Source: Longimicrobiales bacterium (lineage in GTDB: Bacteria > Gemmatimonadota > Gemmatimonadetes > Longimicrobiales > Gaopeijiaceae). Taken from it: 64,000 nt of DNA. Below are positions 50,807 to 59,369 of this stretch, in pieces (position 1 is the first letter of the stretch; each line of letters begins with the position of its first letter). Below the pieces are notes generated by a model, which did no database searches, was not told where the DNA came from, and was given only the letters and a program-made list of their open reading frames with translations. Location: positions 608,001 to 672,000 of the forward strand of contig JAWLHJ010000003.1 in NCBI GenBank assembly GCA_041690395.1. The letters run 5' to 3'. Both the position numbers and the translations under genes were made by a program.

Positions 50807-52299
50807 CCGCTCCGGCTCCGGACCCATTGGACGAGAAGGCGGGTCGGGAAGCCGTACCCGCCCTTCCGGCGATAGGGCAGGTCGCCCTCTCCGTACGCGG
50901 TTCCGGCGATGTCGAGATGCGCCCACCGGGCATCCCCGACGAACTCCTTCAGGAAGACCGCCGCCGTGATCGTGCCCGCCGAACGCCCGCCGATGTTCTG
51001 GAGATCGGCGGTCTCGCTGTCGAGCTGCTTCCGGTACTCGTCCCAGAGCGGCAGCTGCCAGCAGCGCTCTCCGGACACGGTGCCGGCGTCGAGCAGCTCC
51101 CGCACCAGCGCCTCGTCGTTGCCCAGCACGGCGGCCGCCTGGTCTCCGAGCGCGACGACCACGGCCCCGGTGAGGGTCGCGCAGTCCACCATGGCCGCCG
51201 GGCCCAGACGCGCTCCGAACGCCAGCGCGTCGGCCAGGATCAGCCGGCCCTCGGCGTCCGTGTTGATCACCTCGACCGTCTTGCCGGCCAGGGTCCGGAT
51301 GACGTCACCGGGCTTGACCGCGGTCCCCGACGGAAGGTTCTCGGACGACGGCACGATGCCGACGACGTTCGCCCTCACGCCCAGCTCGGCGATCGCCTGC
51401 ATGGCGCCGATGACCGCCGCCCCGCCCGACATGTCGAACTTCATGTCCTGCATGCCGAGGGACGGCTTGATCGAGATGCCGCCGGCGTCGAAGGTGAGCC
51501 CCTTCCCGACGAGCACCAGGGGCGGATCGCCCTTCTCGCCCCCCTCGTGCCGCATGACGATCAGGCGCGCTTCTTCCTCGGAGCCACGGGACACGGCCAG
51601 GATCGCGTGCATCCCCTCCTCCACCATGCGCGCCTCGTCGTAGATGTCGACGGACATGCCGACGGAGCCCGCGATCCGGACGGCCTCCTCGGCGAGGTGG
51701 GTGGGCGTCGCGAGGTTTCCCGGACGGGACTGCAGCGTGCGCGCGAGGTTCTCGCCGCGCGCGATGGCGGCTCCGGCCATGGTGGCGTTGCCCCGGGCGT
51801 CGTCGTGTCCGGCGCCGACCAGGTCGACGGCGCGGACGGGCACGACCGGGTTCTCGTCATCGGGTGTCTTCAGCTCGGTGAAGCGCCACGCGGCCAGCGC
51901 CGCGCCCTCCGCGGCGGCCTGCGCCACGATGTCCGGCGCCAGCGCGTCGAACCCCTCCAGCGACACGGCTCCGGACTCCATCCGGAATCGCTCGGCCGCA
52001 CGAACCAGTCTCCCCGCCGTGCGACGCACCGTCTCGGCATCGACCTTCTCGGCCTTGCCGAGCCCGAGGAGCAGCACCCGCTCCGGACCTTTCGCCGTTC
52101 CCGGGGAGAAGAGGAGCAACTCGTCGTCCGGGCGTCCCCTCATGTCGCCGCGCTGCAGGGCCCGGGCGATCTGGCCTCCGAGGACCTCGTCGAGATCCGC
52201 GAGCGCCCCCTGAGGGGTCTCGGTCCCGCGCGGGATGCCGACCCCGAGGATAGGCGTCTCATGGGCCTCCGGCTTCACATCGACGTAACGGAGCTGCAT
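50803..52299 (-). CDS. pepA: Leucyl aminopeptidase (M17)
   Basis: GKGLTFDAGG, MKFDMSG, NTDAEGRL, HLDIAG. Confidence 0.96.
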   Translation of the reverse strand: MQLRYVDVKPEAHETPILGVGIPRGTETPQGALADLDEVLGGQIARALQRGDMRGRPDDELLLFSPGTAKGPERVLLLGLGKAEKVDAETVRRTAGRLVRAAERFRMESGAVSLEGFDALAPDIVAQAAAEGAALAAWRFTELKTPDDENPVVPVRAVDLVGAGHDDARGNATMAGAAIARGENLARTLQSRPGNLATPTHLAEEAVRIAGSVGMSVDIYDEARMVEEGMHAILAVSRGSEEEARLIVMRHEGGEKGDPPLVLVGKGLTFDAGGISIKPSLGMQDMKFDMSGGAAVIGAMQAIAELGVRANVVGIVPSSENLPSGTAVKPGDVIRTLAGKTVEVINTDAEGRLILADALAFGARLGPAAMVDCATLTGAVVVALGDQAAAVLGNDEALVRELLDAGTVSGERCWQLPLWDEYRKQLDSETADLQNIGGRSAGTITAAVFLKEFVGDARWAHLDIAGTAYGEGDLPYRRKGGYGFPTRLLVQWVRSRSG

Positions 52300-52467
52300 G
52301 GGGTGTGTCCAAGGAGGAAAGGCGCGGGTCCGAGCCAACGGGCGCGCGCTGCGTCGGGCGCGTACCCGGGGGCCCGGAATTGCACGGAAGCTACCCGGGG
52401 AAGCGGAGCCGGATCAAGGCGGACGCCCGCAGCACCGGCCCGGTGAGAAGGCGCCGACCGGCGACGC

Positions 52468-54084
52468 TCAGAACGAGCGCCAGAGCCCCAGCTGCAGCCT
52501 CGTCCCTCCAAGGCTCGTGCCCCACTGCCTCTGTCCGGCGACGGTGGTCCGGAGATCCTCGAACAACCGGAACCCGAGCCTCAGGTCGACCGCATGAGAG
52601 ATCAGGTCCTCCTGCGACCTCGTCGTGCGGTAGAGGCGATAGGCGAGCTGAGCGTCGACCGGTCCGATACTCCCGGACGCGCCCGGGCCGACGGCGAGTG
52701 AGCGGAGATCTTCCCGGGCCCAGAGTCTCCCGGACGCGCGGAGCCACACGCGTCCCGCACGTTGATCGAATGCCGCCGCGACCGAGCGGCCCCGGGCGGC
52801 GTCACCCCAGCGCATGACGGCACCGTCCACGGACACGCCTCCGGTCGCGTGCCGGACCGACAGGCCCAGGGAGCGCTCGTCACGGACCGGGGCTCCGACC
52901 AGAAGCGTGTCTCCCGCCAGCCCCGAGCGCCTCCGCGCGAAGCCGCCTTCCAGCGCGAGCGGACCCCACACGTCGACGGACCCGCGCAGGCGGAGCCGCC
53001 CCACGGTGAGGGAAGAAGCGTCGAAGGGTCGATCCACCCTCACATCGCTCGTCAGGGCCAGAGGCCCGGCCCTCGCCGACTGACTCCACCCCGCGAACGT
53101 GCGTCGATACCCCGGTCCCTCCCGGAGCCAATGGAGCGAGACGTCGGACGCGTAGCGCCACGTGCGCCCTCCGAGGCGGAGGTCGGTGAATACGGTGGCC
53201 TTGGGAAGATCCGTCGAGAACCCCTCGTCCGACCGGGATGGCTCCAGCCCGGCCGCCGCTCCGACCCCGAACCTGCGTCCCCCACCCCGGATCAGCATGC
53301 CGTCCCAGTAGGCGCTGAAACGCTCGTAAGGATTGTAGAATCGACCGACGCGCACGTCCATCGGGACACGCTCGAAGCGCCGCGACACGGACAGCTCATA
53401 GGCGCGCAGGCTCACCGCGGGAACCGCCGCGAACGTCTCCCCGTAGCGATAGGCGGCGCGGAGGTTGCCACGCACGGAGATCCCCCCCGGGAGCTCGGTC
53501 GCCGTGAACGCCAGCCGACCGACCGAGCTCGCGAAGCGACGCCGGGTGTCTCCGAACGACGAGCCCGTCCAGGAGGTCCGCGACTCCCGGGCGTCCAGCT
53601 CGAGTCCCATCCGCCCCCGCACCCTCGGGCCGGTCACGGGATCGTCATCTCGCGCCACCGTGGTCGCCACGGGAATCGGGGTCGGCGCGTCGGCCGGACC
53701 CTCACGCGGGGCCCCGTCGTCGGCCGACCGAAGCAGAACGTAGACCGCCCCGCCCCGCTCCAGCTCCATCGAGCCCGGAAGGAGCGCAGCCACCGAACGT
53801 CTTCGAGAGACCGACAGCACCTCCAACCTCGCACCCGGCGCGTCTGCGGTCGCCGACAGATAGGCGACCAGGGTGTCCCCCATCGATACACCGTGGTCGA
53901 CGCCGATCGGCAGGTAGATCCCCTCGACGCCGACGTAGTCGACGGTGACGAGCGTGCGGGGCGGCTCCTGCCCGGAGACCGGGGCGGCGGCCGAGACGGC
54001 GACCGAGGCCATGCCGAGGCCCACACCCAAGACGAGCGTCCTGACGGCCCGCAACACGGTCAGCTCCGCCCCGTCGGGTGACAC
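52468..54084 (-). CDS. Putative outer-membrane beta-barrel (porin) of the multiheme cytochrome operon
   Basis: Signal peptide, alternating amphipathic strands, C-terminal Phe (LGLWRSF). Confidence 0.65.
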   Translation of the reverse strand: MSPDGAELTVLRAVRTLVLGVGLGMASVAVSAAAPVSGQEPPRTLVTVDYVGVEGIYLPIGVDHGVSMGDTLVAYLSATADAPGARLEVLSVSRRRSVAALLPGSMELERGGAVYVLLRSADDGAPREGPADAPTPIPVATTVARDDDPVTGPRVRGRMGLELDARESRTSWTGSSFGDTRRRFASSVGRLAFTATELPGGISVRGNLRAAYRYGETFAAVPAVSLRAYELSVSRRFERVPMDVRVGRFYNPYERFSAYWDGMLIRGGGRRFGVGAAAGLEPSRSDEGFSTDLPKATVFTDLRLGGRTWRYASDVSLHWLREGPGYRRTFAGWSQSARAGPLALTSDVRVDRPFDASSLTVGRLRLRGSVDVWGPLALEGGFARRRSGLAGDTLLVGAPVRDERSLGLSVRHATGGVSVDGAVMRWGDAARGRSVAAAFDQRAGRVWLRASGRLWAREDLRSLAVGPGASGSIGPVDAQLAYRLYRTTRSQEDLISHAVDLRLGFRLFEDLRTTVAGQRQWGTSLGGTRLQLGLWRSF

Positions 54085-55313
54085 GTGAGACAGGCCGCCG
54101 ATTCATAAACGTAGCCGGCGCGCTCGCTGTGCTTGTCGTCCATCTCGCTCTGGCGGTGCTCGTGGCACCCGAGGCACGAGAACGTCGCGTAATCACCGGG
54201 CGTCTCATGGCACTCGGCGCAATCGGCTCCGGTGTGCGCGCCCGAGAAGATGGGGAAGTCGTGCGCGAACGTCGCGCCGTCCCACGTGCTCGTCCGGTGG
54301 CACGCGGTGCAGTCCGTCGGAAAGCCGATGCCCTGGTGCTCGCCCTCGTAATCGATGCGGTGACAGGCGTAACAGTCCTGCGGGCCACTCGGTTGGTAGA
54401 GGGTCTCCGACGAGGAGCCGACGTGACAGTCCGCGCACGCGAGCCGGTCGTGATCGGGCGGGATGTCGAACCCGGTGGCCAGCCCGTGCTCGAAGACGGC
54501 CCCGTCCCAGTCGTTCATGTCGTGGCACATGAGGCAGGTGGTCGGGAAGCCCGAGCCGGCGTGCTCGTCCTGGTAGTCGTCCAGGTGGCACGTCACGCAG
54601 TCCTCGGGCCCGGCGGGCGGCTGCGGAATGGAGCCACCCGCCCCGCTGTGGCAGGAGGCACATTCGATGCCCGCGTGCCGCCCCAGGAGCGCGAAGCCCC
54701 CCGAAATCTCGAAGTGGTCGAACGCGACGTCCCGGAAATCGAGCATCGAGTGGCAATCCAGGCACTCCGTGGAGAAGCCCAGCGCTTCATGGTCGACCAG
54801 CGGATTGAGTCGGTAGTCGCCCATGTGGCACGCCACGCATTCACGGTCGAGGGGCGTGAACGCCCCGCCCAGGTCGTCGACGTGGCAACTTTCGCAGGAC
54901 GTCTGAAAGTGGGCGCCCTCGAGCGGGAAGTCGGCCGGGTGCACGGTCCCCGGGTCCATGAGCGTGAACGAGGTCGTCGTGTGGCAGGAGGCGCACGGCC
55001 GGGTCGCGCTGCCCTGGTGGACATCGACGTGGCACGAGGCACAGTCCACCGGGTCGGCGATCGAGGTCTCGAACCGGAGCCCCTCGTGACAGGACGCGCA
55101 CGTCACGTCCTCGTGGCGCCCGTCCAGGCGGTATCCGGCGTCCCGCGCGTGATCGAACACGATGTCCGGCCGCAGGGGCGCCCAGGCCTCGGTCGTGTGA
55201 CAGTCGACGCATGAGATCCCCTCGGGAAGTACGCCGTGCGGCTGGACCTGCGTCTGCCCCGACACCGCCAACGGAATGGACGCCAGGAACGTCAGGAGCA
55301 GCGGCGCGCGCAT
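54060..55313 (-). CDS. Multiheme cytochrome c, 16 CxxCH
   Basis: 16 CxxCH motifs counted, with F(P)LxGxH repeats and a signal peptide; start may be the GTG at 55319. Confidence 0.93.
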   Translation of the reverse strand: MRAPLLLTFLASIPLAVSGQTQVQPHGVLPEGISCVDCHTTEAWAPLRPDIVFDHARDAGYRLDGRHEDVTCASCHEGLRFETSIADPVDCASCHVDVHQGSATRPCASCHTTTSFTLMDPGTVHPADFPLEGAHFQTSCESCHVDDLGGAFTPLDRECVACHMGDYRLNPLVDHEALGFSTECLDCHSMLDFRDVAFDHFEISGGFALLGRHAGIECASCHSGAGGSIPQPPAGPEDCVTCHLDDYQDEHAGSGFPTTCLMCHDMNDWDGAVFEHGLATGFDIPPDHDRLACADCHVGSSSETLYQPSGPQDCYACHRIDYEGEHQGIGFPTDCTACHRTSTWDGATFAHDFPIFSGAHTGADCAECHETPGDYATFSCLGCHEHRQSEMDDKHSERAGYVYESAACLTCHPTGRS

Positions 55314-55315
55314 GG

Positions 55316-56953
55316 TCACGACCCACCTCCATGGCAGTCGACACAGTCGGTGCCGACGGGCCGGTACCGGGTGAAGGGCCCGCGCTCTCCCTGCTCCGTG
55401 ACGTGACACGAAGCGCATGGCACCTCGCGATGCGCCCCGTCCAGCGCGAATGCCGAGCGCCCGTGGTCGAACCGGGCGTCCACGGGCACGAAGGCTTGGG
55501 TCCCGTGGCACGCGGCGCACCCCAGCTCGGGGAACTCGCCCGAGTGGGGATCCTCCGAGCGGTGGCACGACGCGCACGTCGTGTCCTGGGCTCCGCCATC
55601 CACCCCCGCGTGATCGAAGGCGACGATGTCGAAGGCGTCCGTCACGTGGCACACTTCGCACGCGCGGTCGGCGTAGAGATCGTCGTGCGGGCTCTCGAGG
55701 GCGTGGCAGGACGCGCAGTCCGTCGCGCCGAGGCCGAGGGTGAAGCGGTCATGGCCCCGCTCCGGATCGAGGTGGCAGGCCCAACAGGGCGTCACCGCAT
55801 GGGCTCCCGTGAGGGGGAGCGCCGAGGCGGCATGCCGCTCCACGCCGTACGCGGACGGAGCCCAGCGCGCCTCCGTGTGGCAGGTCGCGCACGCCGTCCA
55901 TCGATCGCCCGATCCGGGGAGCGCGTGCCGGTCCACGTGGCACGACCCGCAGGACGTCGCCACCGGCTTCGGATAGGTGGCACCGGCGCTCCCCGGGAGG
56001 TACCGCATGCGGATCAGCTCCGTCGCCGGCGGACGCCCGGGCCGGTGGCAGGCGACACAGTCGGCCGCCGCGTGCGCACCCACGAGCGGGAACGCCGTCC
56101 GGCCGTGATCGAACCTGCCGTCGAGGGATGCCGAGCTCAGAGCTCCCCAACCGGTGGGCGAATGACACGAGGCGCAGGCGCCGCTCATGCGTCCCGCGTG
56201 GGGATCCGCATGGCAGTCGGCGCAGCTCCCGAATGCGACCGGACGATACGGGACGGGATCGCGATCTTCGGCGTGACACGCGGCGCATTCGACCCGGGCA
56301 TGCAGGCCCTCGAGCCGGAAGCGTGCGCGCTCGTGCGCGAACGCGGTCGGGTCCGTCCAGGTCCCCGCGTCGTGGCAGTCGGCGCAGGACCGATCCCGGA
56401 ACTGATCGCCATGGGGGTCGCTGTCCGCGTGACACGTGGCGCAGCCCTGGTCGAGACCCAGGAACGTCCGGCCGAGGGCCCCGTGCTCGGTCAGGGTCCG
56501 GACCACGACCGGATCCGCGATCAGCTCCGCGCGGTGGCACTCCCGGCACGCCACGTCTCCGTGGCTCAGCTCCAGCGCGTATCCGGTCTCCCCGTGCTGG
56601 AACGCCGCCTCGTCGAGGCGCCGGAGGTCGAAGTCCGGGCCCAGATGCTCCTGATGGCAGTCCGCGCAATCCCGCTGGATCGAAGCATGGTAGCCCCGGT
56701 CGGCCGCGATGCGCGTCTCGATCAACGCATGACACGAGAGGCAGCGGTCCGGAGAGGTTCCGCGCTTTCCGAGCTCGTGGCAGGCGGTGCAGTTCCGGAT
56801 CCCCTCGAGCTCGGCATGGGGCGCCGCGAGCTTTCCGGGCGAGAGGATCTGGGCGGCGGCGGGAGCGGTCGCGACGCAGGCCAGACCCGTGAGCAGCAGG
56901 AGCACGACCCCGGTGCCGCGCCCGCCGCGCCCGACCTCGCGGCGCGGTCTCAT
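55316..56953 (-). CDS. Multiheme cytochrome c, 19 CxxCH
   Basis: 19 CxxCH motifs counted, with FDH...FxLxGxH repeats; signal peptide AAA-QILSPG. Confidence 0.94.
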   Translation of the reverse strand: MRPRREVGRGGRGTGVVLLLLTGLACVATAPAAAQILSPGKLAAPHAELEGIRNCTACHELGKRGTSPDRCLSCHALIETRIAADRGYHASIQRDCADCHQEHLGPDFDLRRLDEAAFQHGETGYALELSHGDVACRECHRAELIADPVVVRTLTEHGALGRTFLGLDQGCATCHADSDPHGDQFRDRSCADCHDAGTWTDPTAFAHERARFRLEGLHARVECAACHAEDRDPVPYRPVAFGSCADCHADPHAGRMSGACASCHSPTGWGALSSASLDGRFDHGRTAFPLVGAHAAADCVACHRPGRPPATELIRMRYLPGSAGATYPKPVATSCGSCHVDRHALPGSGDRWTACATCHTEARWAPSAYGVERHAASALPLTGAHAVTPCWACHLDPERGHDRFTLGLGATDCASCHALESPHDDLYADRACEVCHVTDAFDIVAFDHAGVDGGAQDTTCASCHRSEDPHSGEFPELGCAACHGTQAFVPVDARFDHGRSAFALDGAHREVPCASCHVTEQGERGPFTRYRPVGTDCVDCHGGGS

Positions 56954-58260
56954 GCCGCCCCGAACTTGGTATCGACCTCGACCCCGCACTGGTCGAGGAA
57001 GCGCGTCGGCAGCTCACCCCCCGCGAAGATCAGGACCTGGTCGTTCGGGAGCGCGTAGGGGTGCCCTCCCTCCACGGTCAGCCAGACCCGATCGGCCTCG
57101 ATGCGGAAGACCTCGGTGCTCCAATGGACGTCGATCCGCCCCTCGGCGATCGCACTCTCGACACGGTCGCGGTTGCCGGGCTTGATGCGGCTGAACCGGT
57201 CGCGACGGTAGGAGAGCGCCACGCGGGTGCCGCGTTCCTCGGAAAGGGCGAGCGCCGCCTCCACGGCCGAATCTCCGCCACCGACGACGAGCACGCGGTC
57301 GCCTCGGAACGCCTCGGGCTCGGCGAGGGCGTACTGGACCTTGGGGAGCTCCTCGCCGGGCACGCCGAGCTTCCGCGGGATCCCCCTTCGGCCGATAGCC
57401 AGAATCACGCGAGGGGCGCGGAAGGACTCCCCCTGGGTACGCACCTCGAAGCCACCCTCCACCCGCGCGACGTCGTGCACGGTGAGCCCGAGACGGAAGG
57501 GCAGATCCGCGTCCACCGCGACACGGGTCCAGACCGCCATGAGGTCCTCCTTCCGGATCTCGCGTCCCCCGATGCGGCCGACCCCCGGGATCTTCACCGG
57601 CTCCGTCATGACCAGCTTCTTGCGGGGGTAATGGCGGACCGTCCCCCCCAGATCCGGTTCCTTGTCGATGGTCACGAAGCGGAGCCCGGCACGCTGGGCA
57701 TGAAGCGAGGCGGACAGTCCCGCCGGTCCCGCTCCGACGATGACCAGGTCGAGGCCGTCCCCACGTCGCTTGGCCCGACCGGCGATCCCTTCGATGCACT
57801 GCCGGCCCTGCTCGAACGCGTTCCGGATGAGCCCCATCCCGCCCAGCTCCCCGACGATGTACAGGCCCGGTACGTTGGTTTCGAAATCCGGCTTGATGCG
57901 GGGGATGTCCACGCCGCGCTTCGCGGTCCCGAACACCAGCTGGATCGCCTCCATGGGGCAGGAGCGCTCGCACAGGCCGTGTCCGATGCAGGACGCCGGC
58001 GCGATGGGGACGGCCTGTCCGTCACGGATGCCCAGCACCTGCCCCTCGGGGCACACGTCCACGCAGCTCCCCGTTCCGATGCACCGGTCGGGATCGATCA
58101 CCGGATGCAGCGACGTCGGTTCGTGCAGGCCGTACTCCAGGGCCAGGACCTCCGCTTCGTCGGTCCGTCGTTCCTTCCGCCGGAGTCCGAGCAGCACGGG
58201 CCCGGACGCGGCGACCACGAGCCCCACCCCGATCAGCGTGACGAGCGTGCCGTCCGTCAT
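56950..58260 (-). CDS. Membrane-anchored ferredoxin + FAD/NAD(P)H oxidoreductase (TrxB-like fold)
   Basis: N-terminal TM, CIGTGSCVDVCP and CIGHGLCERSCP, GAGPAG, GGGDSA...YRR. Confidence 0.88.
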   Translation of the reverse strand: MTDGTLVTLIGVGLVVAASGPVLLGLRRKERRTDEAEVLALEYGLHEPTSLHPVIDPDRCIGTGSCVDVCPEGQVLGIRDGQAVPIAPASCIGHGLCERSCPMEAIQLVFGTAKRGVDIPRIKPDFETNVPGLYIVGELGGMGLIRNAFEQGRQCIEGIAGRAKRRGDGLDLVIVGAGPAGLSASLHAQRAGLRFVTIDKEPDLGGTVRHYPRKKLVMTEPVKIPGVGRIGGREIRKEDLMAVWTRVAVDADLPFRLGLTVHDVARVEGGFEVRTQGESFRAPRVILAIGRRGIPRKLGVPGEELPKVQYALAEPEAFRGDRVLVVGGGDSAVEAALALSEERGTRVALSYRRDRFSRIKPGNRDRVESAIAEGRIDVHWSTEVFRIEADRVWLTVEGGHPYALPNDQVLIFAGGELPTRFLDQCGVEVDTKFGAA

Positions 58261-59117
58261 CCGAAGATCCAGGTGTAACCGAAGGCGACCGCGACGCCGA
58301 CGTGGACGATCAGGACCAGCAGCATCACGATCGCGAGCGGCAGATGGAACGCGTGCCAGTATCGGAAGGCACGCTGGAAAGGACGGATCAGGGCGACCTG
58401 TTGCCGTCTCAGCCGGTCTTCCTGGAGCCGGTCCACGAGAGCCGCGCGCGTGTGCTCGGGGACGCCCGCCGCGGACAGGCGCCGTTCGATCCGGGCCCGG
58501 TCACGACGACGTGTCCAGCGGTACCGGACGGAGAGGCCGACCGCCGAGAGGATCCCCGGGGGGCCATCCGATGCGGGCTCCGCGCCGATATCCAGGAGCT
58601 CGAGGACCTGGGCCGCCGGCAGGCGGAGTCCGGCCTCCACGTCTTCCAGGAGCCCCCTCATCTGGTCCTGGATCTCCCGCACCTGGAGGAAGCGGCCGTT
58701 CACGGTCTTCGGGATCCAGACATAGATCCACCGCCCGAAGACACCGCTCGCGACGACCATCGCCATGCTCCAGAACGCGATGGCGACCAGCCCGCCGAAG
58801 CGGAAGGTCGTGTGCAGGAGGACGAGGAAGGGCCCGAGGAGACAGAGGAAGATGTGGAAGTGCAGCCAGCCCTTGAGCGTGCCGACCCGGGAGAGCGCCC
58901 GGACCCTCTTACGCAGCGAGTAGAGCCCGACGCCGAGGAGGATCATCGCGGTCCCGACGACACCGAACCCCTGGCCGATCAAGCCGGTCGGGGCATACAG
59001 GTCGTGCAGGGGCGAGAAAGGGCGCTCGGTGAGCGGCGTGACGTAATAGGCGAGGCCTCCCCAGAAGGCCCCGCCGGCGATGGACACGCCCAGCAGGAAC
59101 AGCACTCGTACGAACAC
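58257..59117 (-). CDS. Polytopic membrane protein, probable diheme b (ferric-reductase-like)
   Basis: About 5 TM helices; WLHFHIFLCLLGPFLVLLH and WHAFHLPLAIVMLLVLIVH each carry a His pair 14 residues apart; start is inferred. Confidence 0.75.
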   Translation of the reverse strand: MFVRVLFLLGVSIAGGAFWGGLAYYVTPLTERPFSPLHDLYAPTGLIGQGFGVVGTAMILLGVGLYSLRKRVRALSRVGTLKGWLHFHIFLCLLGPFLVLLHTTFRFGGLVAIAFWSMAMVVASGVFGRWIYVWIPKTVNGRFLQVREIQDQMRGLLEDVEAGLRLPAAQVLELLDIGAEPASDGPPGILSAVGLSVRYRWTRRRDRARIERRLSAAGVPEHTRAALVDRLQEDRLRRQQVALIRPFQRAFRYWHAFHLPLAIVMLLVLIVHVGVAVAFGYTWIFG

Positions 59118-59236
59118 GCGTTCGCTCTCGGCTCGATACCCCGGCACTCGGCCAGGCGCGTATGCGTGGGAGGAGCACACACGCGGTAGGGGTCGGATGC
59201 ACCACGAGGTGCTCCGGCCGGTCGGAGCGGTATCTG

Positions 59237-59251
59237 GCAAGCGTCATGCCA
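59237..59251 (-). promoter_or_regulatory. sigma54 -24/-12 promoter of the cytochrome operon
   Basis: TGGCATGACGCTTGC (GG-N10-GC). Confidence 0.75.
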
Positions 59252-59301
59252 TGGCGAGGGCCGCGGAAAGCGAGCGGCCGTCTGGGCTATTCGACGGTCA
59301 C

Positions 59302-59318
59302 TGCACCATTCTGGTGCA
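59302..59318. promoter_or_regulatory. NtrC-type enhancer (UAS) palindrome
   Basis: TGCACCA-TTC-TGGTGCA, about 50 nt upstream of the -24 element. Confidence 0.7.
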
Positions 59319-59369
59319 TCAGGATCGTGGTCGCTGCGTTCCGTGACCGGAAAGAGAAGCCCTCCTCTT

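Noticed and set aside
54060..56953. Repetitive GTGGCA/TGCCAC motifs as a CRISPR-like or tandem DNA repeat
   Set aside because: They are explained by Cys-His codons of the CxxCH motifs. There are no constant repeat-spacer units or cas genes.
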